DNA from: Epiperipatus broadwayi
Taxonomy: Eukaryota > Animalia > Onychophora
Direction: 5' to 3'
DNA: 64,000 nucleotides
NCBI GenBank assembly: GCA_028023455.1
Contig: JAQFVV010000007.1
Location: forward strand, 14,818,001 to 14,882,000
In this document: in pieces, positions 25,601 to 37,271 of the stretch
Layout: every line of letters begins with the position of its first letter
Position numbering within the stretch: position 1 is the first letter of the stretch
Position numbers and translations under genes: made by a program
Notes under the pieces: generated by a model
What the model saw: only the letters and a program-made list of their open reading frames with translations
Databases searched by the model: none
Told to the model about the DNA's origin: nothing

Positions 25601-26884
25601 GCTCTGAAGAAGTCTGTTAAATAGTCAAAACTGTAAGTCATTGCAAATGTGAAAAAGTATTGCATTATATAAAGGGCATTAAAAGGTGATTTTATTATTA
25701 TTATATATTTTAATAATCAGAAAAAGCAAAAAGATTTCAAATCAGATGTACTGTACACATACAAATTTATTAGTGGATTTTATGGGTATGAAACTTACTT
25801 AATGACAAAACATTCAGAAATTAAATTTTTTACATTTGGATGAAAAAAATATAATTATTGACGATTAAAATAGATGCAATAAATTTCAGTGATGAATTGT
25901 ATTAAAAAAAAAGAACATAATGAAGAAATTGTATTGAAAAAATTCATAAAATGAAGTTCAAAGTTGTTAGCCCACTATGATTTGGTAGTAATATCCCAAT
26001 TTTTGAGATAACACAAAACATACTAAAAAGTTGGAAACTACTCTAAAACATACACTGCTGACATTAGATAATAATATATAGGTAATTTTCGTTTGCTCAG
26101 TATTCTTGCAAGAAATACCAAACTGAAAAGATTTGATGACAAAACAAATGAACATCTACATACAGTAAATCTATAACTTCTGATAAAGGTGGTGGTTATA
26201 TTTGTTAAATAACTGTAAAAAAATATAGTTTATATATTGACTTACTTTTAAATTCTGCAAACAGTTTCTGTGCGTTTGTCTACATCTCTGTCAATCATAA
26301 AACAGATTGAATTAAAATGTTTTATTACATTGACTTTGTATCTTGATAAATTGCCATTACTGAAATAAAGCATTCCCATAGCAATATACATGACATATAC
26401 TTTTATTATTATTTTAATAGTCCATCACCTGTTATTTTATTGCATAATAAATTTTAAACTCTGACCTCCTGTAGTGCTATGTTATAAAATCTGTCTTGAT
26501 TTAATATATATTTTTATAATAGTTTGTGTAATCGAAGCAATAAGATTTTTTAGTTAATAAAAATGCTTTAATAGATTACTTAATAAATGCATTTTACTAC
26601 CTCAAGGGTGCCAGTTAATAAACCATGTCTTTATCATTGCTTTTTTTAATTCTGGGAGTATTACAAATAAAAATTGGAGGCAGAATTGCTATGTATAAAG
26701 ATAAAGGAAGTAAGTGTTGTTGCACAAATATGCAACCCCATTATCACAGTTAGAATAAGATGACTGATGATGTCAATGATATATACCCAAAGAACTTAAC
26801 TGTTAAGAAAAAAAGACAGAAGAGACTATTGGTGTAAGAACCAATATAATAAACCAATATTTTATCCTACAAAATAATAAAAAC

Positions 26885-27040
26885 AGAAACAAAACTCTCC
26901 ACACAATAATGCCACTCAGTGCAAGCCAGAATAATTAATGGACACAAGAAGGTTTGTGCATAAAATCCCTATCTAGTCCTCACTCATTCAATATCCCCAG
27001 ACAAGTTTCTACCTTGTGGCTTTCATTTATTGAGTAGTCT
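26885..27040 (-). mobile_element. Family B partial unit with degenerate hammerhead
   Basis: Minus strand reads tactca ataaATGA aagccacaaggta GAAA cttg TC tgggga. The rest aligns with 2055-2160. Confidence 0.8.
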
Positions 27041-27299
27041 TCTTGGTCTGGACCTATTTCTTTGTCATTCAGTTAATATCAAGTCTGAAGGTCATTCCAC
27101 TATTCACTTTTTTGTGGTACATCAATAAACTGAGCACAGCTTCCATTTAACATATATATATATTTTGGGATTCTTTTTTATTAGTCGTGATGCTCAGATC
27201 TGTTAATACTGATTATTGATATTAATACTTTCATTATGTATTTTTATTATCTATTGTAATATTTTTACTTTTTTATTGTTGCTATATTTATTACAGTTA

Positions 27300-27900
27300 G
27301 CTTTCTCTTAATAACATTATTACTGTCAGACTTTTGAAGTTGTTGTTTTAACGTTACCGGTGTTGTTACGTGTTAAGGTTGTTGTAATGTTTACGATTAC
27401 TACTACGAGTCGTTTATTAACTGCAATATTATTTCCCACAGTAAAATATTTTATTATCCGTTATCAAAAGAGAAATCAACGTTTAAGTGCTCTGATAAAT
27501 CTAACGAGATAAATAAGATAAAATATTTATGGTAGAAAATAAACTAGGTTAGATGAATGAAACATAAAAGATTAATTTAACTCAGTGGCTGAACTCAACC
27601 AGCAGAACAATGATGACAGTTAAGTTACACATGAGCTGAAGTTGTCAACGATCAGCCGTCTGGAGGTGAAAGCAACACTGAAAGGCATCAAAACAAAGTT
27701 TAACTTTAACCCCAAAAGTTTGTTATTATTTTAAAATGTCGGCTATATGTTTCAAAAACATAGAATTTTCGATGTATGTATATAACATATTCCGATTACG
27801 AGGATTTGTTATTTATACAGAATATTAATTATATTTAAATAAAATTGTATTGCATTGACGATGAAAATAACGCACATCCTGATAGACACATCTCTCTATT
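27300..27900. promoter_or_regulatory. CpG-retaining, promoter-like patch
   Basis: Local cluster of CG dinucleotides only. Confidence 0.3.
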
Positions 27901-28229
27901 AATTTAATGGGTAATGGTAAAGCAGATAATTAGATATAAATAATATATCCAAAATATGTATGAAGACATTTTTAAATATATATAATAAAAATGGGTAATC
28001 AAACTATACACAAGCACATAAATAAACACAACTAAATTAAATCAATCCCGTGAATTATTTCAGTTTAAAAGGTGCTACAGTAGGAGTAGTGTAGTACAAA
28101 CAATAAATGAAAAAGTAAAATGCCTAGTGTTAGAAATAAGATGATTAATAAAATAAATAAATGTTGAGGTAGAAATCTAACCTTGAATAGAAGCATAAAA
28201 CAATTACTGCTAGGCAAACGGGAGTAAAT

Positions 28230-28790
28230 GAATAAAACTGAAAAATCCTGAGTTCAAATCCTTCTACTGACATATATAACAAACATTTAGTATAAGCAGT
28301 TTTCAAACTGCCTTAGAATTACATATTGTTTGGAAAATAAATTATATCTTAGAAGCCCATCCCCTCGACTATTAATATAAACATAATGATTCAATAGTAT
28401 GAAGGATATTAAGATAATGTCCACATGTGTATGACTATAATAATATCAATCCAATAATGGCTTTGATTATTTATCATTTGTTTTTTAATGAAATGAATGG
28501 GCGAATAGTTGTAAGGATGAAAAGACTGAAGCCTGTTTATTAAAGTTTGAGGAAATGTGATTTGAATATAAACTGAGCACTGATTGCATAAATGTGTGGG
28601 AGAGTGTGATCTACCCCAACTGATGATTACTGGCTCCATACAAAATCTGTATGTTGGGGATGATATATCTTTTTTGCATATGTGCAGTCAGTCATGTGTA
28701 TTGGTTGCTTGAGATGGAGTGGAAAACAGGTAGACTGAAAAATCCTGAGTTCAAATCCTTCTACTTACCTAAATAATAAACAGTTACTCA
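28230..28790 (+). mobile_element. Family C element, 497 bp period with terminal repeat containing the B box
   Basis: actgaaaaatcctgagttcaaatccttctact (32 bp, identical) at 28237 and 28734. The body aligns with the reverse complement of 16430-16800. Degenerate hammerhead at 28615-28658. Confidence 0.85.
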
Positions 28791-28859
28791 TAATTGAGTA
28801 TGAATATTCCAACTCCAAAAAAATAAGACAGAGAAAAAAAGTACTCTAGAAGTGCAATG

Positions 28860-29390
28860 TTTATACAAATCAACCCATAAACTACAAATATGTCCATATA
28901 TAGAACATGCTTGCCCATTTATCTGTTTACTTGACATTTTACAATGCTGTCTTTTAACTTTTTTTATAATTTAAAGTCCATGTCTAATTGTAGCTCTCTA
29001 ATGTATTCTATTTTCTGCCATATCTTCCCAATAAAAACAATTGATACTGCACATCTTTAGAATGCATTTGAAATAATCTTTATAATATAGATAAGATTTT
29101 CCTCTCCCATAAAATTCCTAAATAAATTTATTTTAAAACACACTTTTATAAAACTTTCCATTGCTCATTCATTTTGCATACCCAGCCCAGTGAAGGTGTT
29201 ATTTTACAATTATGGATTCAATAATATCATCCAGAAAACTGAAGAACATACTGATTGATTTATATTACAATTTTTAAAATTTTATGAAACAGCCTTAAAT
29301 AAAACTTTTTAATGCCTTTATATTGCATCAATAAAATGTGCAAGTTTCACATCCATACAATTAAAAAGAATGAAATAATGTTCAGTGAAT
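28860..29390 (-). mobile_element. RTE-clade LINE 3' ORF fragment (second subfamily)
   Basis: Minus translation pieces LYGCETCTFY..IKALKSF, HLHWAGY and GKSYLYYKDYFKCILKMCSINCFYWEDMAENR are typical of an RTE C-terminus. Confidence 0.8.
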
Positions 29391-30040
29391 TTTCCCAAAA
29401 AGTAAAAATAAAGATTGATTATGATAAGTTAGAACAAGTTATTTACCACAAATATCTTGGTCTGATTATTACTACAGATGGAAACATAAAGGATAAAATT
29501 AATAATAGAATTAAACTTGTTTGGAGTGCTTTTGGTAGAAATAACTTAATACTAAAAGGAAATATGTCTATGTGTTTGAAAAGGAAGGTTTTTAATAAAT
29601 GTATTTTACCAGTTCTTATTTATGGATCTGAGACTTGGACACTTAATAGAAGAACAATACAGAGACTTCAGACCACTCAAAGAAGTATAGAGAGATACAT
29701 GTTAGGAGTAACAAGAAGAGATTGAAAATGCAATATATGGGTAAGAGAATGAATGGATGTTACTGACATCATTGAAAAAATTAAAAGACTAAAGTGAAAT
29801 TGGGCTAAACATGCTGCTAGAAGAGATGATAATAAATGTACAATTAAAATCTTAAGCTGGATTCCAAGAGATTGTAAAAGACCCTGAAAGAAACCATATG
29901 TAAGATGGATGGATGAAATAAGAAAGTGTGCAGGGATGATGAGAGAAAAGAGGCTAGATATCAGAGAAGATGGATTGAACTTGGAGAGACCTTAATCTTG
30001 CAGTGGTATTATTAATAATGGTTGACAATAATGATGATTT
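29390..30040 (+). mobile_element. RTE-clade LINE 3' fragment
   Basis: The ORF track gives YLGLIITTDG...VFNKCILPVLIYGSETWTL...QRSIERYMLGVTRRD. It continues with stops to a (GAT)-like tail. Confidence 0.92.
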
Positions 30041-32944
30041 AGAAATTAATTGTAATTATTTTCCTGTGATGAAATAATTTATCTGTTAATTTGTTAAAAA
30101 TAGCAGCAGATTGAAGTATGTGCTGTATCTCAACAACAAATCCATTTTCTTACTTATAAACCTACAATGGTGTGTAAACTTGTTTACATTTCCAAGTTGA
30201 CATCATTCAAATCAAAAATTGCTGAGAATTTATCTTCTGTCACTGGATGATAAAGAACTATGAGTTTTTTGCACATTAATTAATAAACCAAAGTTTCTAC
30301 ATGGAACATTCAAAACTTTAAGTACGTTTTATAAATTGCATTTTGAACTGGAAAAAATAGCCCAATTATCAACAACCTGTAAATCCTAATAAAAAATTCT
30401 TCTTTTTATTTTTAATCAATTTCAATTAAAAATTTCACCATCAAACTTGTATTTTTTCTTGATCCTTGTTGATTACGCTGCCTATAAACAATTTGAAAGA
30501 TCATTGTCATAAAAATTATATACAATGTTAGATAAATGAGAAATAAAAAAGTACAATGGAAGTACAAAAAAAATATTTCATATATAATAGAATGAAATAG
30601 TTTGGATATGAAAAGCAGAATGGTGGGAGTAAAATTCAAAGGAGCATTTATTTTTTTATACAAGTGGGATAACAAACCTTTGTTTATATTAATTGAAAAA
30701 GAATATTATTTTTGATGGTGATAATAGTCATAACTGTAATCATCCAAGAGATATCCATCATATTTCTAAAGAAGTTTTTAGCATCTTTTTTGACATAATT
30801 TGTTTTAATTAAACAATTTTATCCATTAATAATTTTTATGTAGCATCGGTTAGAGTGAATATCATCCATTTAATTAATAATATTTGTGTATTGTAATTTT
30901 CACCATGCCATTCTCACATAAAATAGGGACTGGTTTCTATAATATCTTGTAATAGGATGTAATCATAAACATAAAATAAAAACGTGAAAAATAAGTATGA
31001 TTCCCATGCATAAACTCATACACATGTCATTATCATTATTCAGTATATATAAATAGCTAATTACCATAGTTTAATTAATAAGTGTCAAACTTAATTACCT
31101 CACAACTTTAATGCAAACCATTTAATGGAAGTATAGTAATAATTTTATTAGCCATTTATTAATCTAGAGATTATTCACTTAATGAATAAAATTTCTGTAC
31201 ATCATTCTCATGACTCTTCTTTTAGAGGTTACTTTTTCCATATTTAATCTATATCTCTTCACATTCAAATTGTTAATGATAATTTCCTAATTTATCTATA
31301 ACATAGTTATCAATCTAAAATCAATTTTATTTAACCGTGATTTTTCCATTACTTTAGATTTAAAACAACTGACCTTTTTATTTTTGTTGTCTTAAAAAAA
31401 TAATCATAAAATATTCTTTTTTTAAATATTTTAATTTTTCATTCTGGATGAATAATCTTATACACCCATCTTATTTTTGTTAAGACAATAACAATCAAGT
31501 ACATCGTGCTTTTAATCATTGTATCTACTACAGTCATGGGTAATGCTTCCTCTATTATAATGTATAAACAAGGAAAATATTATAGCATCATATAAAATAA
31601 AAGATAAATTAACAATGGTAATAAACCATTTTAAAATAAAGACTCTAATAGGCTGCTCTGGAGATGCATTTTTTTTACAAGTTTTTGAGACAACTGGGAA
31701 AGTAGACAAAACTTATCAAGCTAGTCCATTGATAATTGATAAAGGTTTCTATGTTACTATGGTGGGGGATGGGGGTAGAAGGGGGGTTGAGCTAAAGATG
31801 CAGGTACTTTTTATTGAACATTGTTAAATAATATGTCTTGAATAGTTTACTGCAGTGGTAGGATAATAAATTTTAGGAATTAAGGCTCATAAATCATGGC
31901 TTAGTACAATCCTTCTGGTGCAGAAATTTCTTTTGAATTATCAAGCAATGAAACAATTTGATTTTTTTTTTTGATTGGATAATATGCATAGAAGGATGGA
32001 GAATCAAAATTAGCTTAAATATAAAAATGACTTTGATACTGAAAATATATACACATTATAAATTAATAATAAATAATCATAACTTTTTAAATATCTGTAA
32101 TTGAAATGAAACTGTGCCATCAAAAACCATCAAAAGATGAAATTATACCACTTCGTCTTTTGTTATCACATAGGCTTAGTTTTTATGTAGTTTGAAAGTT
32201 ATAGAATGAATTTTTTTTATTGTTTTAATTTATATACAAACTAAATAACCCAAAATCACCATTAATATAGAGGAGGAAGAATGAGTCTTACTTCTATATA
32301 AATTACAGTTGTTTAAAAATTATAATTATTTATTACTATCTTTGTTAAAACTAATATGACATTTAATGTTCAGAGGTTGTTAAAAGTAAGACTCATTCAT
32401 CATCCTTTGAATATATTAATCATGATTTCAGACCATTTAGTTTGTCCATAAATTCAAACAATAGACAAAATGTATTCTCTCAATTATGTCAAAAACTAAG
32501 CTTATATGACAACATATCTTAAAGCCAGAGTAGTAGCATTCTGTATTTCTGAAGCTTTTGATATCACATGTCATTGGAAGATAGTTACTTCTGTTGTGAT
32601 TATAGATATTTTACATTATTAGCAGGTCCACCCAGTCATAATCAGGAAAATTATTTCAGTAGTTAAAAATTTCCAATTAAACTTAACACTTTATGTCAAG
32701 TAGCCAGCCAGTAATCACCCTAGTCAAATATCCACAATTGATTGGTCAATAGTTATCTATTTTTAACTGGAATGTTAAAGTTTCAGATTAGTCAAGATTG
32801 ATCAGATGAGTATCAATTCAAGATTCAAAAAACCAACAATAGTATTGCAATATAATGCAGCCTCTACCTTTAATGAGATGTTAGGATAACAATAATAAAA
32901 TCACAATATATGTTTAAAATTCTGTCTATATAGATATAAAACTC

Positions 32945-33046
32945 TGTGCAATTTGGCCTAGTTGGTAGAATGTCCCACTTGACATCAGGACATCCCAGGA
33001 TCAATTCTGGTACTCACCAGTCTGAGACTCAAACTTCTTATGAACT
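32945..33046 (+). mobile_element. tRNA-derived SINE head (family K)
   Basis: A-box-like TGGCCTAGTTGG and B-box-like GGATCAATTC. Homologous to 50105-50220 (-), sharing actcaaacttcttatga. Confidence 0.6.
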
Positions 33047-33162
33047 CAAGAAGTAGAATAACTACTTTTTTTATTGCATTGCCAAATATATACCATATAA
33101 TACTAAATCATCCATGTACTTTGCTACTGTTACACAATGCTTTATTTACCACCCTCTTTTAC

Positions 33163-33203
33163 AGTTTACAGTTTCAATTGCTGCAGCAATCTTCTTCAGA
33201 ACT
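33163..33203 (-). ncRNA. Minimal type I hammerhead ribozyme (family D), core intact
   Basis: aguu CUGAAGA a gauugc-ugca-gcaauu GAA ACUGU A / aacu. Stem I has 4 bp and stem II 6 bp. Predicted cleavage after GUA, between 33167 and 33166. Confidence 0.82.
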
Positions 33204-33308
33204 TTTATATCTCCTAACTTTAACTGTTAACAGTTAAAGTTAAAAGATATAAAAGTTCTTAAGAAGATTGCTGGGGCAATTTGAACAGTTGAAGTTAGGA
33301 GATACAAA

Positions 33309-33349
33309 AGTTCTGAAGAAGATTCCTGGGGCAATTGAAACTGTAAACT
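33309..33349 (+). ncRNA. Minimal type I hammerhead ribozyme (family D), core intact, middle of three tandem units
   Basis: aguu CUGAAGA a gauucc-uggg-gcaauu GAA ACUGU A / aacu. The neighbouring units (~33255 and ~33370) have core substitutions. Confidence 0.78.
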
Positions 33350-33899
33350 GTAAATTAGGAGATATAAAAGTTATGAAGAAGATTGTTAGGGCAATCGAGA
33401 CTGTAAACTGTAAAAGCAGGTGGTAAATAAAGCATTGTGTAATAGTAGTAAAGTACATGGATGATTTAGTATTATATGGTTCTTATGAACTACCAATCAA
33501 TAAATCCATATGCTGTATTTAATCTGGCAAAAAATGTTTATGATTATTTGAAAATGTTTGATTACCTGAAAATCTCCCAGCTTTTTTTCAGTTCCAAATC
33601 ATAGATAGAGAAGAAGAAAATGCTATTTTTTTTTTGCTATTAACATCTATACATATTCTTATAACTATGTTTCTATTGATTCATCAGAGTTAACTAATTA
33701 TTATCATCAACATCGGTAGCAGTCTTTCATGAATGAATGTGATGCTACTAATTCTAGAAAGAATATATATAAAAAAAAACTAAAAATGAATTTTACAAGA
33801 TGTATACAAATCAGTGTGTAACACAAACAACTTGATATAGCACATACTAATTACAAGGTCTTGGTATCTGACAATGTTATCTTTTTAAAAAATGTCAAT

Positions 33900-34560
33900 A
33901 TTAATTATTCTTGAGGTGACATGTCATTTAAGCATCAGAAATTGGAGTTTGACTTTGATTCATAAACCTTTAGTTTATGAGTCAATGGGTAAAAGATCTG
34001 TGCATGATTATATGTCACATACTGGTCATAAATAATATTTTGCATCATACAATGTTACTTCTAATTAAATAATTAGTTGCTCTGGAGTCATGTGATGTTT
34101 GAACACTAGAAATGATGTGATCAGTTTTGATCCAAAAACCTTTATCTACAAGTTATTCTGCACAAGGTAATATGATGATGTATCACATACTGGTCATAAA
34201 GACTGTTAGACATCTTGCAATATTATATTTGTTGATATCAAGTTATGATACACTTTAATCCAGAAATGTAACCATAATTATATATTACACATGAATTCTA
34301 AAGACTGTTTGATATCTGGCAATACTACATTTTAAAAAAATATCAAGTCATTAGTAGCTCTGAAGTTTGTGGATTGTGAGTATTAAAAGTGGCGTGTTGA
34401 CCTTTGATCTAAAAATCTTTAATTTTAGAATCCACCACATTGTAAAACTTTATAAGAAAAACAAAATATCTAGTGATTCTGGGGATAATTATATGATATT
34501 CATCATCAAAAATAAGTAGTTAACCTTTGACCGTAGAACCTTTAGGTCTAAAGACTATCA
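33900..34560. repeat. Degenerate internally repeated element
   Basis: tcacatactggtcataaa at ~34016 and ~34183, aaagactgtt...atc repeated, and several ttgacctttga-like motifs. Confidence 0.5.
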
Positions 34561-34779
34561 TTCTTTATTGCAAAGGAAATCATAAAGCAAATCAAGAGCC
34601 AACGTGCTGCAACTTATTTCAGGGATCTTGAACTCTAGATTTTGTCATTCCATCACTGGACCAAAAAGGCAACAACATTTACAAAAAAAAAGTTATAAAT
34701 TTTTTATTGTCACTACAAGTTATTTCTTCAAAAAATAATTGTCGTTTCTAATGTATTTTTGAAATCCTTTTACAAAGTA

Positions 34780-35560
34780 AAATGTAATTTTAGCCTTTTA
34801 AATACCACTTTAAACTTCCTCACTATATAGTCTTAAGCCGGGAGCTGAATTACCTTTTAATCTTTTTTTTTTTAGTTAGAAATTCTCTTTCTTGCAAATA
34901 CAGTCCATTTAATAAATAAACAAAACGTTATGGTAAAAAAGGTTCATTTATTATGTTTACAATAAAAGTGATTGAAAAAATAAATATAAGCTCGAAAATG
35001 TCAGACTTCTTAAGAATTTTATGGCTATTATAAGAGATTGACATTTAAGAATAACTAAGAAACGAAATTTTAACCAGGGTTAATTTAAGAAAAGGCGCAA
35101 ACTCGGGGCTTCAAAGTCGCTGCTTTTTTAATCACTGCGTAAAGCCGTGACAGGTCGACTTGTGTATTAAAAAGCTCTTTATAATTCATTTCTCCAGAAC
35201 ATAAATGTCGGTTTGCTGGCTTAAATAGTGTACAATCGAATTAGAAAATAATAATAATGTATTAACATCTTGTTGTATTTCTAACAGCATAAATATAATG
35301 ATTTTGGCATAGCATTCGCAGAATTTTTTTTTATCTATTTATAAATATGTATTAGCATTTTACAAATTGCAGTATATAAGTTGTTGTTTTTGTTTTATTG
35401 TAAGAGATTAGCTCAGATTAATAAATGGTCGGTTTATAGTTTAAGATTTCCGGACCACTATACTGAGGCAGGTTGTAAATACCAAGTAATAAGTGCCTCA
35501 ACATAATAATAAGTTAATTTAAAAAATAGGCCGACGTCAATTTTAGACTAACTAATTGGG
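34780..35560. promoter_or_regulatory. CpG-retaining, promoter-like patch
   Basis: Dense CG around 35090-35230 (aaaggcgcaaactcggggcttcaaagtcgctgc...gccgtgacaggtcgac). Confidence 0.45.
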
Positions 35561-35714
35561 AAATTTTACTTTTGTGAAAAGTAAAAATAATTCAGAACAG
35601 AGTTAAGATTTATTATGGTCAACACTGAACTGTAATACTACAAGTTTATATAGACTATTAGATTAATATATATACGCTATTCCGCCAATGTAATTGATCT
35701 TAATATCTAATGCT

Positions 35715-35915
35715 ACATCACTAAACATCAATGTTAACCATTCTTTATGCTTAAACAAGCTGTTTACACAGAGGTAAAACTCTTCATATAGTAGCAGCAC
35801 TCAGCAAAAGCCAGAGTAATCAATGGACAAGTAGGCACTAGATATGGATTTTATGCACAAACTTTCCTGCATCCATTGATTACTTCGGCATGCACTGAAT
35901 GTCGCTACAAATGGT
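35715..35915. mobile_element. Family B copy with internal inversion, no hammerhead
   Basis: Minus-sense up to ~35828, then plus-sense. gagtaatcaatgga pairs with tccattgattactt. Confidence 0.8.
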
Positions 35916-36175
35916 TTTATTTATTGTAGACTGAAGAGTTGAGTCCAAGCTGTATGATCTGTTAATAAGTCTGTAATTTGTAACTATTCCTATGGTGGAA
36001 AAAAGTCATGTCAACATTATTTAATATCTTAATTTTTCGAATTTTATCTCCATACTGAAGTAACTTCACAACAAAAATGCAAATATTGTACTATCTATGA
36101 TACCAAAATCACATAACTTGCATGAAGAATTGGCCATGTAACTTACCTTAATTGTTTTATCTTTTAATAATCAAC

Positions 36176-36550
36176 AAACTGTAGCAAACTCTCCCTCCAT
36201 GCAGCAGTGCCACTTAGTGCAAGCCTTTGTAATCAATGGATGCAAGAAAGATTTTGCATAAAATCTCTATCTAGTGCCTACTCATATCCCCAGTGAGGAA
36301 CTATGGATCTGAAAGAACTGCATCTATATCATAAAATATAATGCATCTTTCCAGCTGCCACCTTTTACCTATTTAATTAACTATAAAGCTATGAGCCCAA
36401 GTTGAAAACCCAATAATGGTTACTATTCAAGCTTGATTGCTTATGTAGTCATACAGATCTGAATCCCATTCAGTATCTATACCTTCTTACATCCATTGAT
36501 TACTAAGACTTGAACTGTGTGGTGCTACTGTATGGAAGGTTTGCTACAGC
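36176..36550. mobile_element. Family B copy with inverted end and deleted hammerhead core
   Basis: The ends ctgtagcaaac / gtttgctacag are inverted. atatcccCAGtgagga at 36284-36299 lacks the hammerhead interior found between two CAGs in other copies. Confidence 0.8.
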
Positions 36551-36790
36551 ACTAACAGCTTGTGTGTGCATAGGAACTTGTTATCACATGAATAATTAAC
36601 ACTATTACCAGAATCATATGTTTTTTTAATTATTAAACAAGTTAATAATCTAACAATTTGGGAATCCATAAAAATTTTGAGTAGCCATTTAACAAAGCTG
36701 GCTTACAATTCAAGAGCATGGATTTCCATGGGCTTTACACTACTTCTAAAGCAAACCATTTTCAATAAATGGAAAACAGATTCAACAGTT

Positions 36791-36860
36791 GATGATGATG
36801 ATTATGATGATGATGATGATGATAATAATAATAATAATAATAATAATTCAATTCAATTCA
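36791..36860. repeat. Compound microsatellite (GAT)n(AAT)n(ATTCA)n, probably abutting LINE tails
   Basis: Repeats are directly visible. The LINE-tail reading is inference. Confidence 0.85.
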
Positions 36861-37028
36861 TTTATTTAAGTGCTAAAAAACAGCATAAAGCCAATTACAG
36901 TTTGCACATACAATAAAAGTGAAAATAAAACATATAGCATAAAATGAAAATATAAATGTATACATAATAAAGTAAAATTTAAAAGACAAAATCAAACATA
37001 ACATTTCAGTTTAATAAGATTACAAAAT

Positions 37029-37271
<243 letters not shown>

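Larger units (their letters stand above)
33092..33480. mobile_element. Family D fold-back element with tandem minimal hammerheads
   Basis: Spacerless palindrome centred at 33228/33229 (gtt|aac). The left arm is 137 bp. The right arm is 252 bp because a 55-60 bp unit occurs three times. Confidence 0.92.

Noticed and set aside
27605-27690. Possible box C/D snoRNA (ATGATGA ... CTGA ... CTGA)
   Set aside because: No terminal stem, and I recognise no rRNA or snRNA complement in the guide positions.
30183-31692. Minus-strand exon chain (31692-31626, 30472-30437, ~30378, ~30254)
   Set aside because: Individual AG/GT boundaries exist, but no consistent phase chain gave a recognisable protein.
33241-33420. 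55-60 bp tandem units as a CRISPR-like array
   Set aside because: Units repeat along their whole length with no unique spacers. The context is eukaryotic with no cas genes. Better explained as tandem hammerheads.
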